Origin: Maribacter sp.
GTDB lineage: Bacteria > Bacteroidota > Bacteroidia > Flavobacteriales > Flavobacteriaceae
NCBI GenBank assembly: GCA_047633095.1
Contig: JBLIEO010000002.1
Location: 21,424 to 85,423 of the forward strand
Reading direction: 5' to 3'
Length of the DNA: 64,000 bases
This document shows positions 62,153 to 64,000 of this stretch, one piece after another (the first letter of the stretch is position 1; each line of letters begins with the position of its first letter). The notes beneath the pieces are model-generated. The model searched no databases. It worked only from the letters and a program-made list of their open reading frames with translations, and was not told where the DNA came from. The translations under genes were made by a program, and so were the position numbers.

Positions 62153-62329
62153 ATGCAGAAAATTCTACTTGTAAAAGAAATTTATATTGAAGCTTTTAAA
62201 GGCTGGAAAGACCCCACTATAAAAAACTATTTTAAGATTTGGACCTTTATATGCTTCACTTTAATTGCAATAACCATTTACGCCTTTATCTTTAGGCTTT
62301 CTACTGGGTTTGCCTTCGGTAATCTTTAG
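62153..62329 (+). CDS. Small membrane protein (DUF6747-like), below ORF-track cutoff
   Basis: MQKILLVKEIYIEAFKGWKDPTIKNYFKIWTFICFTLIAITIYAFIFRLSTGFAFGNL*, 58 aa, A-rich leader. Confidence 0.72.
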   Translation: MQKILLVKEIYIEAFKGWKDPTIKNYFKIWTFICFTLIAITIYAFIFRLSTGFAFGNL

Positions 62330-62404
62330 AATAATATGACACAGATATAAAAAAGCTTTAGGAAATCCCTAACTCTTTTTATACAATTTGAATATGTAGA
62401 TTCC

Positions 62405-63394
62405 TTATGGTGTGTTGAATTTTAAGGTTTTAAGTATAGCCTCCAACTCAAACATATAGTCCCTTTTCTCAGTTGCCGGAGCAAAAGTAAAGCCTTCCAA
62501 TACTAGTTTTCTGTTGTTTGGCTTGTCGTTGATAATATAGGTTATAAAAGGTCCTGCCATGGGGTATCCAGACATTTCCCAGATTCCTCTTACCTCGGCG
62601 GCTTTTCTTCCAGAAACCTCCGTAGGAAAGACGTAGGGCGAAAATGCTTTTTCGGTAATCATATAGTTTTCCTTTCCAGGAATATCCTCTCCAGGAACAA
62701 ATAGTTTACCTATAGAATCGCGCATCTTTATGATATCCTGAACAAAGGTGCTGTCATTGTCAAACGTATTCCAAGGCACACTATACGCAATAATATTCTG
62801 GGTACCTTTTTGTATCTGTCTATCAATCCAAACAAAATTATCCTCTTCTCTTCCTACTTTAAATGCTGAAGGAACGCTCAAGGTAATTCCCAAATGTTCC
62901 TCTAGGGCCTTTTCTTTATTCAAAGACTTTAAAAAGCGTCTTTGTGCTTCTTCTATTTCCTGTTTCTTGAATATTTCAATAAATTCTGAAGATTTTTCGG
63001 TGAGATTTTCAATTATCTCTGCCTTATTACGCCCTTTAAATACGCCTACTTTTTGTGGTTTAGCATACATATTTGACTTCATATGCGCTATATCCAAAGA
63101 GTCTTCCATTACATAAAGCACGTTCCTCGTATTCCTTATTGCTCCCGTAAATACTTGAGGCGGTACTTGAGTGATACTAAATAGGGCTTCGTCCCAGGTA
63201 AGACCAAGAGCCGGAGCTGCAAAATTTTCGCGTATTCTATCCCCTACCTCACTTTTCCATAGTTCGTTTTCTATAACTATGGTAAGGGTGTTATAAGCTC
63301 CGATAGAATTGGGGAGGTAGTCCTGCTTATCACCATCTTTACAAGAAGATAAAACAAGTACTACAAATAGGCTTAGTGTAAGTAATTTTTTCAT
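62405..63394 (-). CDS. DUF4837 family lipoprotein
   Basis: Lipobox LSSC, MRDSIGK, EVRGIW, MAGPF, KRDYMFELEAI. Confidence 0.82.
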   Translation of the reverse strand: MKKLLTLSLFVVLVLSSCKDGDKQDYLPNSIGAYNTLTIVIENELWKSEVGDRIRENFAAPALGLTWDEALFSITQVPPQVFTGAIRNTRNVLYVMEDSLDIAHMKSNMYAKPQKVGVFKGRNKAEIIENLTEKSSEFIEIFKKQEIEEAQRRFLKSLNKEKALEEHLGITLSVPSAFKVGREEDNFVWIDRQIQKGTQNIIAYSVPWNTFDNDSTFVQDIIKMRDSIGKLFVPGEDIPGKENYMITEKAFSPYVFPTEVSGRKAAEVRGIWEMSGYPMAGPFITYIINDKPNNRKLVLEGFTFAPATEKRDYMFELEAILKTLKFNTP

Positions 63395-63409
63395 TTATGG
63401 ATTTATGGT

Positions 63410-64000
63410 TTAAGAGGAACAATCACACAATTTCAACTTTGTGCCTGGTTTTAGATTGTTACCGCTAATACCATTCCATTTTTGTAAATTTTCAATACTA
63501 ATTCCAGGATATTTTCTAGAAATGGTCCAAAGGGAGTCTCCGCTCTGTACCTCGTGCACCTTACTATTGGAAGCTAACGCTTTTCTAGAAGGGGTGCTTT
63601 TAGGGGTTACGGATATCTTCGCGTTTCTTTTTGGATATATGGTTAATCGTTGCCCAATACGCAGGTTGCTGCTCCTAAGGCCGTTCCATCGCTTTAATTG
63701 GCTAACACCAACCCCGTAACGCTCGGCTATTTTTCCCAAAAAATCGCCACTACTAACCTTATACCGTATCCTATTTTCTTCTGCCTGCTGAACAAGTTTC
63801 GGTAACGGACTTTCCTTGCTTTTTAGTTCTTTTTCCACATGGGCATAAATCGCCTCCTCATTGGCAACGAACTTGCCCATTATATCCCAAGGCAAGCGCA
63901 AGGTGTTTATTTCTCCTTTTCTGTACGGTATAACCTCTAACTTGTACGACGGATTTAAAAGCGTAACCTCCTCTTTGTCCATGCCTGTTAATTCCGCTAT
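63410..64000 (-). CDS. LysM-domain lytic transglycosylase (MltD-like), C-terminal part
   Basis: LLNPSY, two LysM domains (YKVSSGDFLGKIA..YGV, HEVQSGDSLWTIS). The gene continues past the window end. Confidence 0.85.
   Translation of the reverse strand: MAELTGMDKEEVTLLNPSYKLEVIPYRKGEINTLRLPWDIMGKFVANEEAIYAHVEKELKSKESPLPKLVQQAEENRIRYKVSSGDFLGKIAERYGVGVSQLKRWNGLRSSNLRIGQRLTIYPKRNAKISVTPKSTPSRKALASNSKVHEVQSGDSLWTISRKYPGISIENLQKWNGISGNNLKPGTKLKLCDCSS

Noticed and set aside
1-64000. CRISPR arrays, tRNA/rRNA, transposases, prophage, defence systems
   Set aside because: No spaced repeat arrays, cloverleaf motifs or matching ORFs seen by eye.

Overview
Chromosomal window of an AT-rich Bacteroidota genome, most likely a marine Flavobacteriaceae (Maribacter-like; inferred from gene content and TAnnTTTG promoters). 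Core blocks are an ECF sigma/hydrolase operon, a TCR/Tet-type MFS transporter, the atpBEFHAG operon with sprE and bactofilin, a PadR-ABC transporter operon, purD, tatA, a PorE-like OmpA protein and a LysM lytic transglycosylase. Two regions stand out. (1) 19.8-29.1 kb is a PUL-like operon that couples SusC/SusD and a sodium:solute symporter to ArsS-family radical SAM genes (DUF2064, a metallophosphoesterase fused to an AhpD/CMD domain, arsS), with no arsM in the window. It is a candidate organoarsenical (arsenosugar) import and processing locus. (2) 36.5-54.5 kb is a Wzy-dependent surface polysaccharide cluster carrying a class II aldolase + FGGY kinase + Fe-ADH + LicC-like cytidylyltransferase + TagF-like module, a candidate uncharacterised CDP-polyol pathway. 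Three pseudogenes, a palindromic in-frame insertion in the SusD signal peptide and candidate PadR/TetR operators are also visible. No rRNA, tRNA, CRISPR or transposase was seen. Family names come from motif recognition by eye, not database searches.
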